Shown: positions 1-7,134 of the stretch, piece after piece
How the letters are laid out: each line of letters opens with the position of its first letter
Numbering within the stretch: position 1 is the stretch's first letter
IMG/VR virus record: IMGVR_UViG_3300044638_001695
Coordinates: 1-63,010 of that record
Direction: 5' to 3' (one strand)
Length of the DNA: 63,010 nucleotides
DNA from: a virus
Taxonomy: Duplodnaviria > Caudoviricetes
Position numbers and translations under genes: made by a program
Notes under the pieces: model-generated
The model's input: the letters and a program-made list of their open reading frames with translations, nothing else
What the model was told of the DNA's origin: nothing
Databases searched by the model: none

Positions 1-127
1 GGATGGTTTACACGCTAGACGGTGCATCAGCATTTGTGACAGATAATCCAAATGATTTTACAGAATTGCACAGTTGTTTTGCACTCTACACCGCACCACC
101 ACGCAAAGAATGGGTCGGGCTGACGGA
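1..127. repeat. Terminal direct repeat, left copy (identical to 62884-63010); circular assembly overlap
   Basis: ggatggtttacacgctagac...gggctgacgga occurs at both ends; length 127; an ORF reads through the junction. Confidence 0.95.
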
Positions 128-251
128 GGATGAGATGTCCGAAATCTATAACAAGAACTATGACCTATACGACACTGATATGACATACATGGACTTTTTT
201 ATTGTGCAGCGAGATGTCGAAGCCAAACTCAAGGGGAAGAACGGTGGATGA
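3..251 (+). CDS. 3' part of a modular phage protein that starts at 62601 and crosses the circular junction
   Basis: Frame continues from ...EPIAW-MVYTLDG; contains LYTAPP and EWVGLT modules common in small phage proteins. Confidence 0.8.
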   Translation: MVYTLDGASAFVTDNPNDFTELHSCFALYTAPPRKEWVGLTEDEMSEIYNKNYDLYDTDMTYMDFFIVQRDVEAKLKGKNGG

Positions 252-465
252 TGACGACTTAATTAGACGTGCAAAGATAGCATGGCACAACAACGACACT
301 CAACATATTGCGCTACCCATATACTCGACAAGCGGCACACATCTACTGGACATTGCTTTCTACAAAGAGGGGCATGAGTGGGTCGGCAGAATCAGCCACG
401 AAGATATGGTTGAGCTAGTACGGGTTGCTGAAGTTTTAAGAAAGGAGAAGAACGGTGGGAGCTAA
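244..465 (+). CDS. Hypothetical protein
   Basis: GTG start at 244 after GGGGAAGAACG, overlapping the previous stop (start revised from ORF track 202). Confidence 0.6.
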   Translation: MDDDDLIRRAKIAWHNNDTQHIALPIYSTSGTHLLDIAFYKEGHEWVGRISHEDMVELVRVAEVLRKEKNGGS

Positions 466-682
466 AACAAAACCCCCGCTGTATCGACAGACCATACCGC
501 CCGAAGATCAGGGCAAGGTTATCACTAGCAGGTACTACAGCGTTAAGCCTGAGACGCATCACTTGGGCATGGCACTTAGCCCGTACTACTACGAGTGCAA
601 CCTACGCATCGACTGGGGTATGGACGGTGGCATATACAAAGTTGAATTTCAAAACGTGGAGAAGAACGGTGGATCCATTTGA
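455..682 (+). CDS. Hypothetical protein
   Basis: AAGGAG RBS plus GTG start; coupled to neighbours. Confidence 0.65.
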   Translation: MGAKTKPPLYRQTIPPEDQGKVITSRYYSVKPETHHLGMALSPYYYECNLRIDWGMDGGIYKVEFQNVEKNGGSI

Positions 683-1106
683 TAAGAAGAAAGCCGCTGA
701 GTTTTATATCGTGGCGTGGGTAAAGGACTGGAGGTTTCATACATATCTATCGGCTATCAATGCAAAAGACATTAGGTTTGAAGATGTGCATAAGCATTAC
801 CCTTGGATGCCAGACAAGACACACTTTTATTTTAAAGATCAACTAATACGCGCATGGACAGGGATGGCGATGAGGTCTATCAACAATAAGCTTTGGGATA
901 CGGACGACAACAAGAAACGCCTGTTGTTAGCCAAGCAGATTGAGAACTGGACATCAGACAAGGTAAGCCAATCAACATCAGAAAAGCAAGACGCCTATGA
1001 GCGTAAAAAAGCGTTGATGCAAAACAGACAAACTGGATTAGGTCACAAGGCGTCAGTAGAAACTATGCGTAGAGGCAGTGGAACACACTGGAATGTTGTT
1101 AAATAA
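669..1106 (+). CDS. Hypothetical protein
   Basis: GGAG RBS plus GTG at 669 (revised from 627); open frame of 145 codons. Confidence 0.65.
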   Translation: MDPFDKKKAAEFYIVAWVKDWRFHTYLSAINAKDIRFEDVHKHYPWMPDKTHFYFKDQLIRAWTGMAMRSINNKLWDTDDNKKRLLLAKQIENWTSDKVSQSTSEKQDAYERKKALMQNRQTGLGHKASVETMRRGSGTHWNVVK

Positions 1107-1115
1107 GGATAAAAC

Positions 1116-1319
1116 ATGAGCGAAGATGAAGCATTTGAATTGTTAGAAGAAGATATCCGCCGCAGAGAATATCAAGACACACTTAAACGGGCGCAGACAG
1201 AGGCGCAGGAGTTTGTGCAGGATCATGCCGCAGAGCTAGGCATCATGACGCTACGCAAAGCTTTTGAGATAGGGTATAGGTTTGGATATTGTGACGGGAA
1301 AAGTAATGCCAAAAATTAA
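1116..1319 (+). CDS. Hypothetical protein
   Basis: AAGGA RBS, ATG start, operon position. Confidence 0.65.
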   Translation: MSEDEAFELLEEDIRRREYQDTLKRAQTEAQEFVQDHAAELGIMTLRKAFEIGYRFGYCDGKSNAKN

Positions 1320-1647
1320 TCTGAAAGCACCGGCATCAACCGAAGTGATAGGCATACTGAAGTCTTTAGAAAAGGCCACAGTAACTCAGGTTACTGAGAG
1401 ATCACAATTTTCCAACTCAACAGTTAACTCTATTATTAAAAAGTTATTAGACAAAAGAAAAGTGCATGTCAGCGGCTGGCATCGAGAAAAGAATATTGGA
1501 TGGCTCAGGTCTTTCTCATGGGGTGAAGGGCATGACCTTCCCAAGCCAAAGTATCTAGAGCCGGTCGATAAGACCGAACCCGTGCGGATCAAGGAAGTCT
1601 GGCCTCAGTGTGATGTTGCGGCTAACTGGATGAGGAATCCAATATGA
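1306..1647 (+). CDS. Winged-helix DNA-binding protein
   Basis: ATVTQVTERSQFSNSTVNSIIKKLLDKRKVHVSGW resembles a wHTH; ATG at 1306. Confidence 0.55.
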   Translation: MPKINLKAPASTEVIGILKSLEKATVTQVTERSQFSNSTVNSIIKKLLDKRKVHVSGWHREKNIGWLRSFSWGEGHDLPKPKYLEPVDKTEPVRIKEVWPQCDVAANWMRNPI

Positions 1648-1835
1648 TCAATGTAACCATAATCTACTTAGAAGATACGGAGGATGGGAATGTTCAGGTT
1701 TCCGTGGAGGCTATCGGAGATCCTGACCAATCCCTTTCCTTATGCAACGAGGTGATGCGTGAGGTAATGAAAAAACCCAAGGCAAAACTACTTTACAACA
1801 GCATCTTTACCCGCCCGCATAAACGAGTCCAGTAA
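1644..1835 (+). CDS. Hypothetical protein
   Basis: GAGGA RBS, ATGA overlap; last gene of the + block. Confidence 0.6.
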   Translation: MINVTIIYLEDTEDGNVQVSVEAIGDPDQSLSLCNEVMREVMKKPKAKLLYNSIFTRPHKRVQ

Positions 1836-2612
1836 GCTTTGCCCTGCGGCAAGAGCGCCAATCCTTAACTCTGTATCGTTAAAGTCCTCCCCCTCTACAT
1901 CAGAGAACCAAGCAGGACGATTAGCTTGCTTGGCTACCTTGATACCAGTAGCATCTCTATCCCCCACAACAAAACATTCAGGGAAATTCCTTGAGACTTC
2001 AGGGATATTCCCTGCCGAAAAGGTTACATGTATTCTGTACCTTACCCGCACGGTTTTAAGCGCCCTGCGCACCGATAACGCAGTCGCATAGCCCTCTGTA
2101 ACGATGTCGATACCTTTGTTGTCAAAGGTCGCCACAGCCCCTTTGGTGATCTGCCCTGACAGAAACTTCTTATTGCCCGTCTCGTCAATCATCTGGCAAC
2201 CAACCAAGTTCCCATTGATCCGCATGGGGATGATTAATAAGTTATTCCATACCCAACCTTTCTCCTCATCAAACCCTTTCTTGACTAAATACGGGTGGGT
2301 TTGCTTGGAACAGTTGTTAAGTATCCATGCAGCCTTGTCTGCGGCCTTCTTTTGGGCGATTTGGCGGGCTTTTGTAGCTTGGACAGCCTTTGCCCTTTCT
2401 TTCTCTAAATCACGCTTGTAGGGCGTTTCTGAGCGCCACATGATTGGCTCTTCATGAATTGCCCAATTCTGTATGAATGCCACATTACCGCTGAATTTGT
2501 ACGATCCATTCATTTTATGGGGATGGTCTACCGTAGGACACCGCACCCACTTGTCTGTAATCAGGGTCTTAATAATTAAGCCGTGCGCTTGAGCAAAAGA
2601 TTCGAATGTCAT
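1788..2612 (-). CDS. Toprim-domain DNA primase
   Basis: VTEGYATALS, VVGDRD and DFND Toprim motifs; LIIPMR..GNLVGCQMI; coupled to the helicase. Confidence 0.85.
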   Translation of the reverse strand: MTFESFAQAHGLIIKTLITDKWVRCPTVDHPHKMNGSYKFSGNVAFIQNWAIHEEPIMWRSETPYKRDLEKERAKAVQATKARQIAQKKAADKAAWILNNCSKQTHPYLVKKGFDEEKGWVWNNLLIIPMRINGNLVGCQMIDETGNKKFLSGQITKGAVATFDNKGIDIVTEGYATALSVRRALKTVRVRYRIHVTFSAGNIPEVSRNFPECFVVGDRDATGIKVAKQANRPAWFSDVEGEDFNDTELRIGALAAGQSLLDSFMRAGKDAVVK

Positions 2613-4087
2613 GCTGCTTTCGCCTTGGCTTTGGCAAACGCAATGGTTCGTGACTTGATCCAGTTCAGAACTTCAGGCGACGGATGTTTGGGAGAGGATG
2701 ATAAGCCGTTAGGTGCGCTATTGAATTTCTCTTTGTACTTGTGGTACGCCCAGCCAGTCTTGTATCCCTTGACCTGTGCATACCAAATTAACTGTGAATA
2801 GAATTCCTGATTGTTGATGACAAGCTTCTTGTTTGCGGCTTCTAACTCTTTTAGTTCGCCGGGTACAGCCTCAACCGTGGACATCCTGACCTTAACAAAG
2901 CCACACGCACCGCAAGTATCAGACTTAAATGTCCACAACACTTGGCACTTGGGACACTTAGACTCTTTCTTCTCTCGCTCTGTTGGTTCTTTCTTTGTGG
3001 CCTCACCGCCTTCCCTTAACTCTGATACGCCGTTTGCATACACCTCATCCCAGTCGTCTCTGAACCTAATGTAATTTCCGGCATGGTCAAGCCATAGGGC
3101 AAAGTCTTTGCCTTCGTGGGGGCGCAGGATCCGGCCTATCTGTTGCACATGGGAGGAGAATGACTTGGAGAAAGGTCTAGCTGATATCCCGATGCGGACA
3201 TCTGATACATCGAATCCTTTTGTCAGGATATCTGTAGCGATCAAGCCGTTGATTGCGGTGTCTGGCCTAGAGAAGTCTTCAATTGTCATTCTCTTGAAGT
3301 CGTCATCCTCTTTGTATGAGATTGATACAAAGTTATACCCTGCGGCATTGAATTGTTTCTCTAAGTCTCTGCCGTGGTCAACGCCTGAACAGAACACGAT
3401 TGTCTTCTTTGGCTCGCCAAATACTTCGTGTGTCTTTTTAACCCATTCAGAAACGATATCCCCAGTGATCTTCATGCCTCTAGTTGTGACATCATCTGCC
3501 GACCATTCGCCCGCAATCTTCTTGGCTCCTGTCATGTCAATCTCTTTGGCGATATATACCTTGAGTGGACACAACAAACCTTTCTCTACAAGTTTCTCTG
3601 TGGGTATGGCGCTTACTACATTTGTATACAGATTAGCCAATCCTTTTGTGAATGGCGTGGCGGTCAAGCCGATCACCTTCATCTGTGGATTGTCTTTTAT
3701 GTAGTCAATGATTGATTTATGTAAGACGTGGGTTTCGTCATACAAAAGAAGATCAGGCGTAGCCATCTTCTTGCGCTTTGCCAGAGTTTGTATTGAACAT
3801 ATTTGTATGCGCTCTGACGGGCGATACCGCCAGTGGCTAGACTGCATCACGCCGTGATCAATCTGATACTTGCCTAGACGCAGACTGGTTTGCTCGACAA
3901 GGACAATCCTATCCATGACCATTGCAGAACGCTGATAACTCATTGCGTACTCGTTCATGATAGCGATGGCGCACTCTGTCTTTCCTGCGCCTGTCGGAGC
4001 GTATAAAAGCTGCCGAGCATGTCCTTGTTCGAAACCTTCTTTTAACTTCTGTAATGCAGACTGCTGATGCTCTCTTAACTCAAGCAT
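2609..4087 (-). CDS. Superfamily II helicase with C-terminal Zn finger
   Basis: Walker A APTGAGKT, DETH, GLTATP, TKGFD, QQIGRILR; CPKC...CGAC. Confidence 0.92.
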   Translation of the reverse strand: MLELREHQQSALQKLKEGFEQGHARQLLYAPTGAGKTECAIAIMNEYAMSYQRSAMVMDRIVLVEQTSLRLGKYQIDHGVMQSSHWRYRPSERIQICSIQTLAKRKKMATPDLLLYDETHVLHKSIIDYIKDNPQMKVIGLTATPFTKGLANLYTNVVSAIPTEKLVEKGLLCPLKVYIAKEIDMTGAKKIAGEWSADDVTTRGMKITGDIVSEWVKKTHEVFGEPKKTIVFCSGVDHGRDLEKQFNAAGYNFVSISYKEDDDFKRMTIEDFSRPDTAINGLIATDILTKGFDVSDVRIGISARPFSKSFSSHVQQIGRILRPHEGKDFALWLDHAGNYIRFRDDWDEVYANGVSELREGGEATKKEPTEREKKESKCPKCQVLWTFKSDTCGACGFVKVRMSTVEAVPGELKELEAANKKLVINNQEFYSQLIWYAQVKGYKTGWAYHKYKEKFNSAPNGLSSSPKHPSPEVLNWIKSRTIAFAKAKAKAA

Positions 4088-4127
4088 GAGTTTCTCCTGA
4101 CCGGAAACCGCCGGACTTCGGGTTTGT

Positions 4128-4934
4128 TTAAGCTGCTACTCTTTCTGCGCGTTTCTTCCAGTAGCTGATCTGTTTAAGCATATCAGCATTCTTGGATAGA
4201 AGTTGATCTCGTGAAGACTTTAAAGCATTGTTCTCTGCCTCAAGGGTTTTGATCTGCGCTCTTAACTCTTCAACGGTAGATTGATACTGTTCTTTCTCTT
4301 CAGGTGTTACATCTAAAGCTTTAACTGCTAGCCGGTCTTTCAAGGCGGTGAGTTCTTCTGCAAGCTCTACATTCGCCGTGGCAAGTTCTTGAATGTGATC
4401 CTCTCGTGGGTCATGCACTGGCTCTTCAGCTTTGCGGCCTATGTTGTCAGTCTTGATGACTGTCTCATTGCCTTGCTTGTTAATGTATTTCTTTTCTGTT
4501 TGCTCAAGGTTCAGAGACTTTCGGATCCTGCCAACTGTCATAGCAGATACATTGCAGTGTTTGGCAATCACTCTGTCAGACCACTCAGCCCATTCCATAT
4601 CATCGAGCAATGTCATAACGGCTTTGCGTCTGTCATCTGGTGTGCGGCGCAATCCATGATCGCTATTAACACCTACCGCATACAACACGGCATCTCGTAG
4701 TGTGCCGTTCAATACATCAACTGATACATCCTCAACACCGGCTTTCTTGTATGCAAAGTAACGATGATACCCATCGACTAAGTAGTAATGAATGCCATCA
4801 AAGAACGCCGTGATGTTTGGGAATACCGTGCCATTCAATATCTCATCGGCATATTCGGTTACTACATCCTGATTGATTGATACCCGTGATTGTGTTTGCT
4901 TGTTAAGTTGTATATCTTTAATTTTCATTGTCAT
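4128..4934 (-). CDS. ParB/Srx N-terminal domain protein with HTH and coiled-coil tail
   Basis: YYLVDGYHRYFA ParB-fold motif; WSDRVIAKHCNVSAMTVGRIR HTH; C-terminal heptads. Confidence 0.8.
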   Translation of the reverse strand: MTMKIKDIQLNKQTQSRVSINQDVVTEYADEILNGTVFPNITAFFDGIHYYLVDGYHRYFAYKKAGVEDVSVDVLNGTLRDAVLYAVGVNSDHGLRRTPDDRRKAVMTLLDDMEWAEWSDRVIAKHCNVSAMTVGRIRKSLNLEQTEKKYINKQGNETVIKTDNIGRKAEEPVHDPREDHIQELATANVELAEELTALKDRLAVKALDVTPEEKEQYQSTVEELRAQIKTLEAENNALKSSRDQLLSKNADMLKQISYWKKRAERVAA

Positions 4935-5060
4935 CCTTTAGACGAGCCAAAGCCACTGCGGGTGCAGACGGCCTGTAAGTGTATGTTTTCATCCTCTTCC
5001 CCAAACCACGATCCCTCAACCGTGTGAAGCAATTCTAAACATGAATTCTGGTTATTGCAA

Positions 5061-5080
5061 TACTGTTATTTTGTACAGCT
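5061..5080. promoter_or_regulatory. Candidate SOS (LexA) box
   Basis: taCTGTtattttgtACAGct = CTGT-N8-ACAG, intergenic, upstream of the ParB-helicase-primase genes. Confidence 0.35.
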
Positions 5081-5322
5081 TATAACATTGTTAACTGAAC
5101 AACAAACTCTTCCTTCGCTTGTTGATACTCTTCGTCTACAAACGGTTTATCTAACTTCTTGTTATTAACTTGACACATGACACACACCCGTCTACCAAGG
5201 TTTGTTTCACTTACTGAGTATTTCTTTTTCTTCATGCTACTAGTTGAGTACAACTTGCACACTGTATCAAACCCAGTCCAGTAGTGTGCTGTTCCGTCGC
5301 TAACTTTCTTAATCAGATACAT
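5080..5322 (-). CDS. Hypothetical protein, possible Zn-binding
   Basis: AAGGAG RBS; H...C and CVMC residues. Confidence 0.65.
   Translation of the reverse strand: MYLIKKVSDGTAHYWTGFDTVCKLYSTSSMKKKKYSVSETNLGRRVCVMCQVNNKKLDKPFVDEEYQQAKEEFVVQLTML
5081..5093 (-). promoter_or_regulatory. Core copy of the phage palindromic operator
   Basis: Minus strand TAACAATGTTATA, identical to the core of the 60759 site. Confidence 0.5.
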
Positions 5323-5344
5323 GACAACTCCTTATGCAGATTAG

Positions 5345-5715
5345 GAAACAGAGTATAGATTTGGTCAAATACTCCCCAAAGGCGGCTCATCTGAGTCACC
5401 TTCGAGAAGAATCCAATGTCATGCGGATTTAGGGGTCCAGTTGCATGAGTTTGGGTTGCGCCTATCGAGAAATGTTCTATCGCAACTAATCAGACTGTAA
5501 GCCCCCATTGTTCGAGGCCACGTTGCCGCTCTGACCGAGCTTGACACTACGGGGCGCTTGTTTCCGGCTCTCCCACCAGATTGACCTGATGGAGCTGTTC
5601 ATCGCGTGATTCAAACCCGTAGCCGCTATCTACTCCCACGGCTGGCGCTTACGCTTAGTTCGCCACTTCCATCTGCATACCCAACGCGGTTGTCCCTGAA
5701 CGTATATGCAAATGA
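5345..5715 (-). ncRNA. Putative large structured non-coding RNA
   Basis: No credible ORF; chain of stems 5351-56/5369-74, 5455-60/5481-86, 5547-53/5616-22, 5621-25/5639-43, 5643-47/5661-65, 5674-79/5705-10; strand inferred from context. Confidence 0.55.
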
Positions 5716-5730
5716 GTTTGCGACAGCCAT

Positions 5731-5885
5731 AAAAAAACCCTTATTGAAAGATACGAGCTTTAGGCTTGGTTGCCGCATAAGAGGGATGCACGACCATCTT
5801 CTCTCAGCTTTGACGAAGCCCGCTCCTTCAATAAGGGTTCGGGTCGCTATCGTGGGCTACCGATGGGTTACCAATCCACCAGATG
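5731..5885 (-). promoter_or_regulatory. Structured leader/attenuator (c4-like architecture)
   Basis: Perfect 13-bp stem 5736-5748/5827-5839 ending in a U-tract on the minus strand; inner helix with G-U pairs favouring the minus strand. Confidence 0.6.
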
Positions 5886-5891
5886 AAACGA

Positions 5892-5920
5892 ATATTAACG
5901 GACAAATAAACAAAATGCAA
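5892..5920 (-). promoter_or_regulatory. Sigma70-type promoter
   Basis: TTGCAT-17 nt-TAATAT on the minus strand. Confidence 0.65.
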
Positions 5921-6030
5921 GTGTGGGGTCACATAAAGCAGTGTCGAAATCGGATCGGCGAAGAGTGCGAGTGCCTGCCAAGGTACTCATGGTTCCATAG
6001 CCACAGGGCGCTAACCCCTGTTCCCCACGA
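5921..6030 (-). ncRNA. Putative ~108-nt multi-stem small RNA
   Basis: Closing stem GUGGGG/CCCCAC; hairpins CAGGG-GUUAGCG-CCCUG, GAGUACCU/AGGCACUC, CAC-UGCUUUAU-GUG; TATTAT 6 nt upstream; strand uncertain. Confidence 0.5.
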
Positions 6031-6044
6031 GAAAATAATACTAC

Positions 6045-6137
6045 AAAAGGTGAAGCCCCGAACTTTTTGAGCTGGGGCTTCGGGGGATGCACGAGGAGAG
6101 TGCTCTGTCGGAGAAACAGACCAAGGAGGGACTTGGT
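6045..6137 (-). ncRNA. Putative sRNA with three CUCC-loop hairpins and a terminator
   Basis: Back-to-back hairpins 6121-6136, 6104-6120, 6089-6103 with loops UCCCUC, UUCUCCG, UCUCCUC; GC stem 6052-59/6074-81 then U4. Confidence 0.6.
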
Positions 6138-6142
6138 ATCTT

Positions 6143-6180
6143 AATGTAACAAAAAAAAGGGCAACCTACAAGATTGCCCC
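6143..6180 (-). terminator. Intrinsic terminator overlapping a promoter
   Basis: GGGCAA/TTGCCC stem plus U8; the same bases give TTGTAG-17-TACATT with extended TG. Confidence 0.7.
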
Positions 6181-6209
6181 TAAACAAGGAGATGCCCTGA
6201 ACTAGGCAC
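6151..6209 (-). ncRNA. Putative ~59-nt sRNA with exposed anti-SD
   Basis: 5' hairpin GUGCCU/GGGCAU, single-stranded CUCCUUGUUUA, then terminator. Confidence 0.5.
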
Positions 6210-6214
6210 ACTTC

Positions 6215-6252
6215 ATTCTAACAAAAAAAAAGGGAATCTTGCAGGATTCCCT
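6215..6252 (-). terminator. Intrinsic terminator after the ruvC-like gene, overlapping a promoter
   Basis: GGGAATC/GATTCCC stem plus U9; CTGCAA-18-TAGAAT with extended TG; degenerate direct repeat of 6143-6180. Confidence 0.7.
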
Positions 6253-6282
6253 CGGGTGTCCACAAAGGCTATAAATGGACAA

Positions 6283-6744
6283 TTAATTGTACCTCAACCA
6301 AAGAGCTATAAGTAAAGCGTCCGCCCTTCCATGATGTTTAGCCAGTCGTAACTGAGCGTCAGGCCATATCCTACGAGCTAACTCCAGACTGGCTTTCTTC
6401 TCCGTGCCTATAAGCCCGTGGTGCTTCTTCCATACCTGTGGGCGAACCAAGGTAAGGGTATCCCCAACAAGCGCTCCTACGGCCTCTATAGCGCCCGCTG
6501 CACGCATAAACTTCCCTGACGATGCAATGCCCTGCCCCGGCATAGTATGCACATCCTCTACGGCTATGTGGGTAGGTAGATCATTCCAGATTAACTCCAT
6601 CAACTCAACGGCATTGATACGCCCGTCTGTTGTTGGAAGATCACCACACCCTACATACAGGCCATCTTGATCAATAGCTCCCCACGCTCCGGAAGCACTG
6701 CCGGGATCAATTCCTACGAAAACTTTCTTTTCCACGCTTGACAT
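6283..6744 (-). CDS. RuvC-like Holliday junction resolvase
   Basis: VGIDPG, IAVEDV, VRPQVWKK, GRADALLIA. Confidence 0.85.
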   Translation of the reverse strand: MSSVEKKVFVGIDPGSASGAWGAIDQDGLYVGCGDLPTTDGRINAVELMELIWNDLPTHIAVEDVHTMPGQGIASSGKFMRAAGAIEAVGALVGDTLTLVRPQVWKKHHGLIGTEKKASLELARRIWPDAQLRLAKHHGRADALLIALWLRYN

Positions 6745-6767
6745 CCTTGCAACACATGAATTATGAT
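6738..6767 (+). promoter_or_regulatory. Sigma70-type promoter for the recombination block
   Basis: TTGACA-18 nt-TATGAT, overlapping the ruvC start codon. Confidence 0.55.
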
Positions 6768-6820
6768 GGGATCAATCTGTTGGTAACAGATTAAACACGA
6801 GGATAACACAGGAGAGCAGT

Positions 6821-6973
6821 ATGGACTACAGCGAATTACTGATCCGTCTGGGTCAGCACACGAACATCTATCGTTCAGCAGTGTTGAAAAAACAGTTTGA
6901 ACTGGCAAGAGAGCAAGCCGAAATCATCCACAACTTAGCGGCAGATCTTTTGTTTGTCACTAGGGGGATGTAA
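6821..6973 (+). CDS. Small hypothetical protein (50 aa, not in ORF track)
   Basis: AGGAGAG RBS; MDYSELLIRLG...; TAATG coupling to the next gene. Confidence 0.6.
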   Translation: MDYSELLIRLGQHTNIYRSAVLKKQFELAREQAEIIHNLAADLLFVTRGM

Positions 6974-7134
6974 TGAAAGCATTCTCTCTGCGTTGTGAAG
7001 ACGCATTCCATGAGCAATTCAAAGACATCTCATTTCCTGATGATGCAGCGATCCATATTTGGCGCGAGGCTTGGGTTGCTGCCCAGCAAGATATCGTCAA
7101 AATGATTGTCGAAGAAATCAAGGAAACAAAATGA
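6973..7134 (+). CDS. Small hypothetical protein (53 aa, not in ORF track)
   Basis: MKAFSLRCEDAF...IWREAW; coupled at both ends. Confidence 0.55.
   Translation: MKAFSLRCEDAFHEQFKDISFPDDAAIHIWREAWVAAQQDIVKMIVEEIKETK

Noticed and set aside
1-127. 127-bp terminal repeat as a biological direct terminal repeat
   Set aside because: The length equals a common assembler k-mer, and it falls mid-gene far from terS; it is best read as a circularisation overlap.
4128-4934. Complete parABS phage-plasmid partition system
   Set aside because: No ParA Walker-box ATPase or Rep gene was found, and parS lies about 11.5 kb away around the circle; the cognate binder is unresolved.
5921-6030. tRNA gene
   Set aside because: Multi-stem, but there is no GTTCRA T-loop, 7-nt anticodon arm or proper acceptor spacing. 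I saw no tRNA elsewhere by eye; tRNAscan was not run.
5606-6092. ORF-track proteins 5606-6070 (+) and 5895-6092 (-)
   Set aside because: No clear RBS, atypical composition, and they run across promoters, terminators and stems that are better explained as RNA elements.
6089-6137. CsrA/RsmA sponge (GGA loops on the plus strand)
   Set aside because: Only one of the three loops fits ANGGA, and the promoters and U-tracts all point to the minus strand; kept only as an alternative.
6143-6252. CRISPR mini-array
   Set aside because: Only two degenerate copies, each a terminator with a poly-A/U tract; there is no cas operon, and the Cas4-like gene sits in an ordinary ERF/SSB recombination module.
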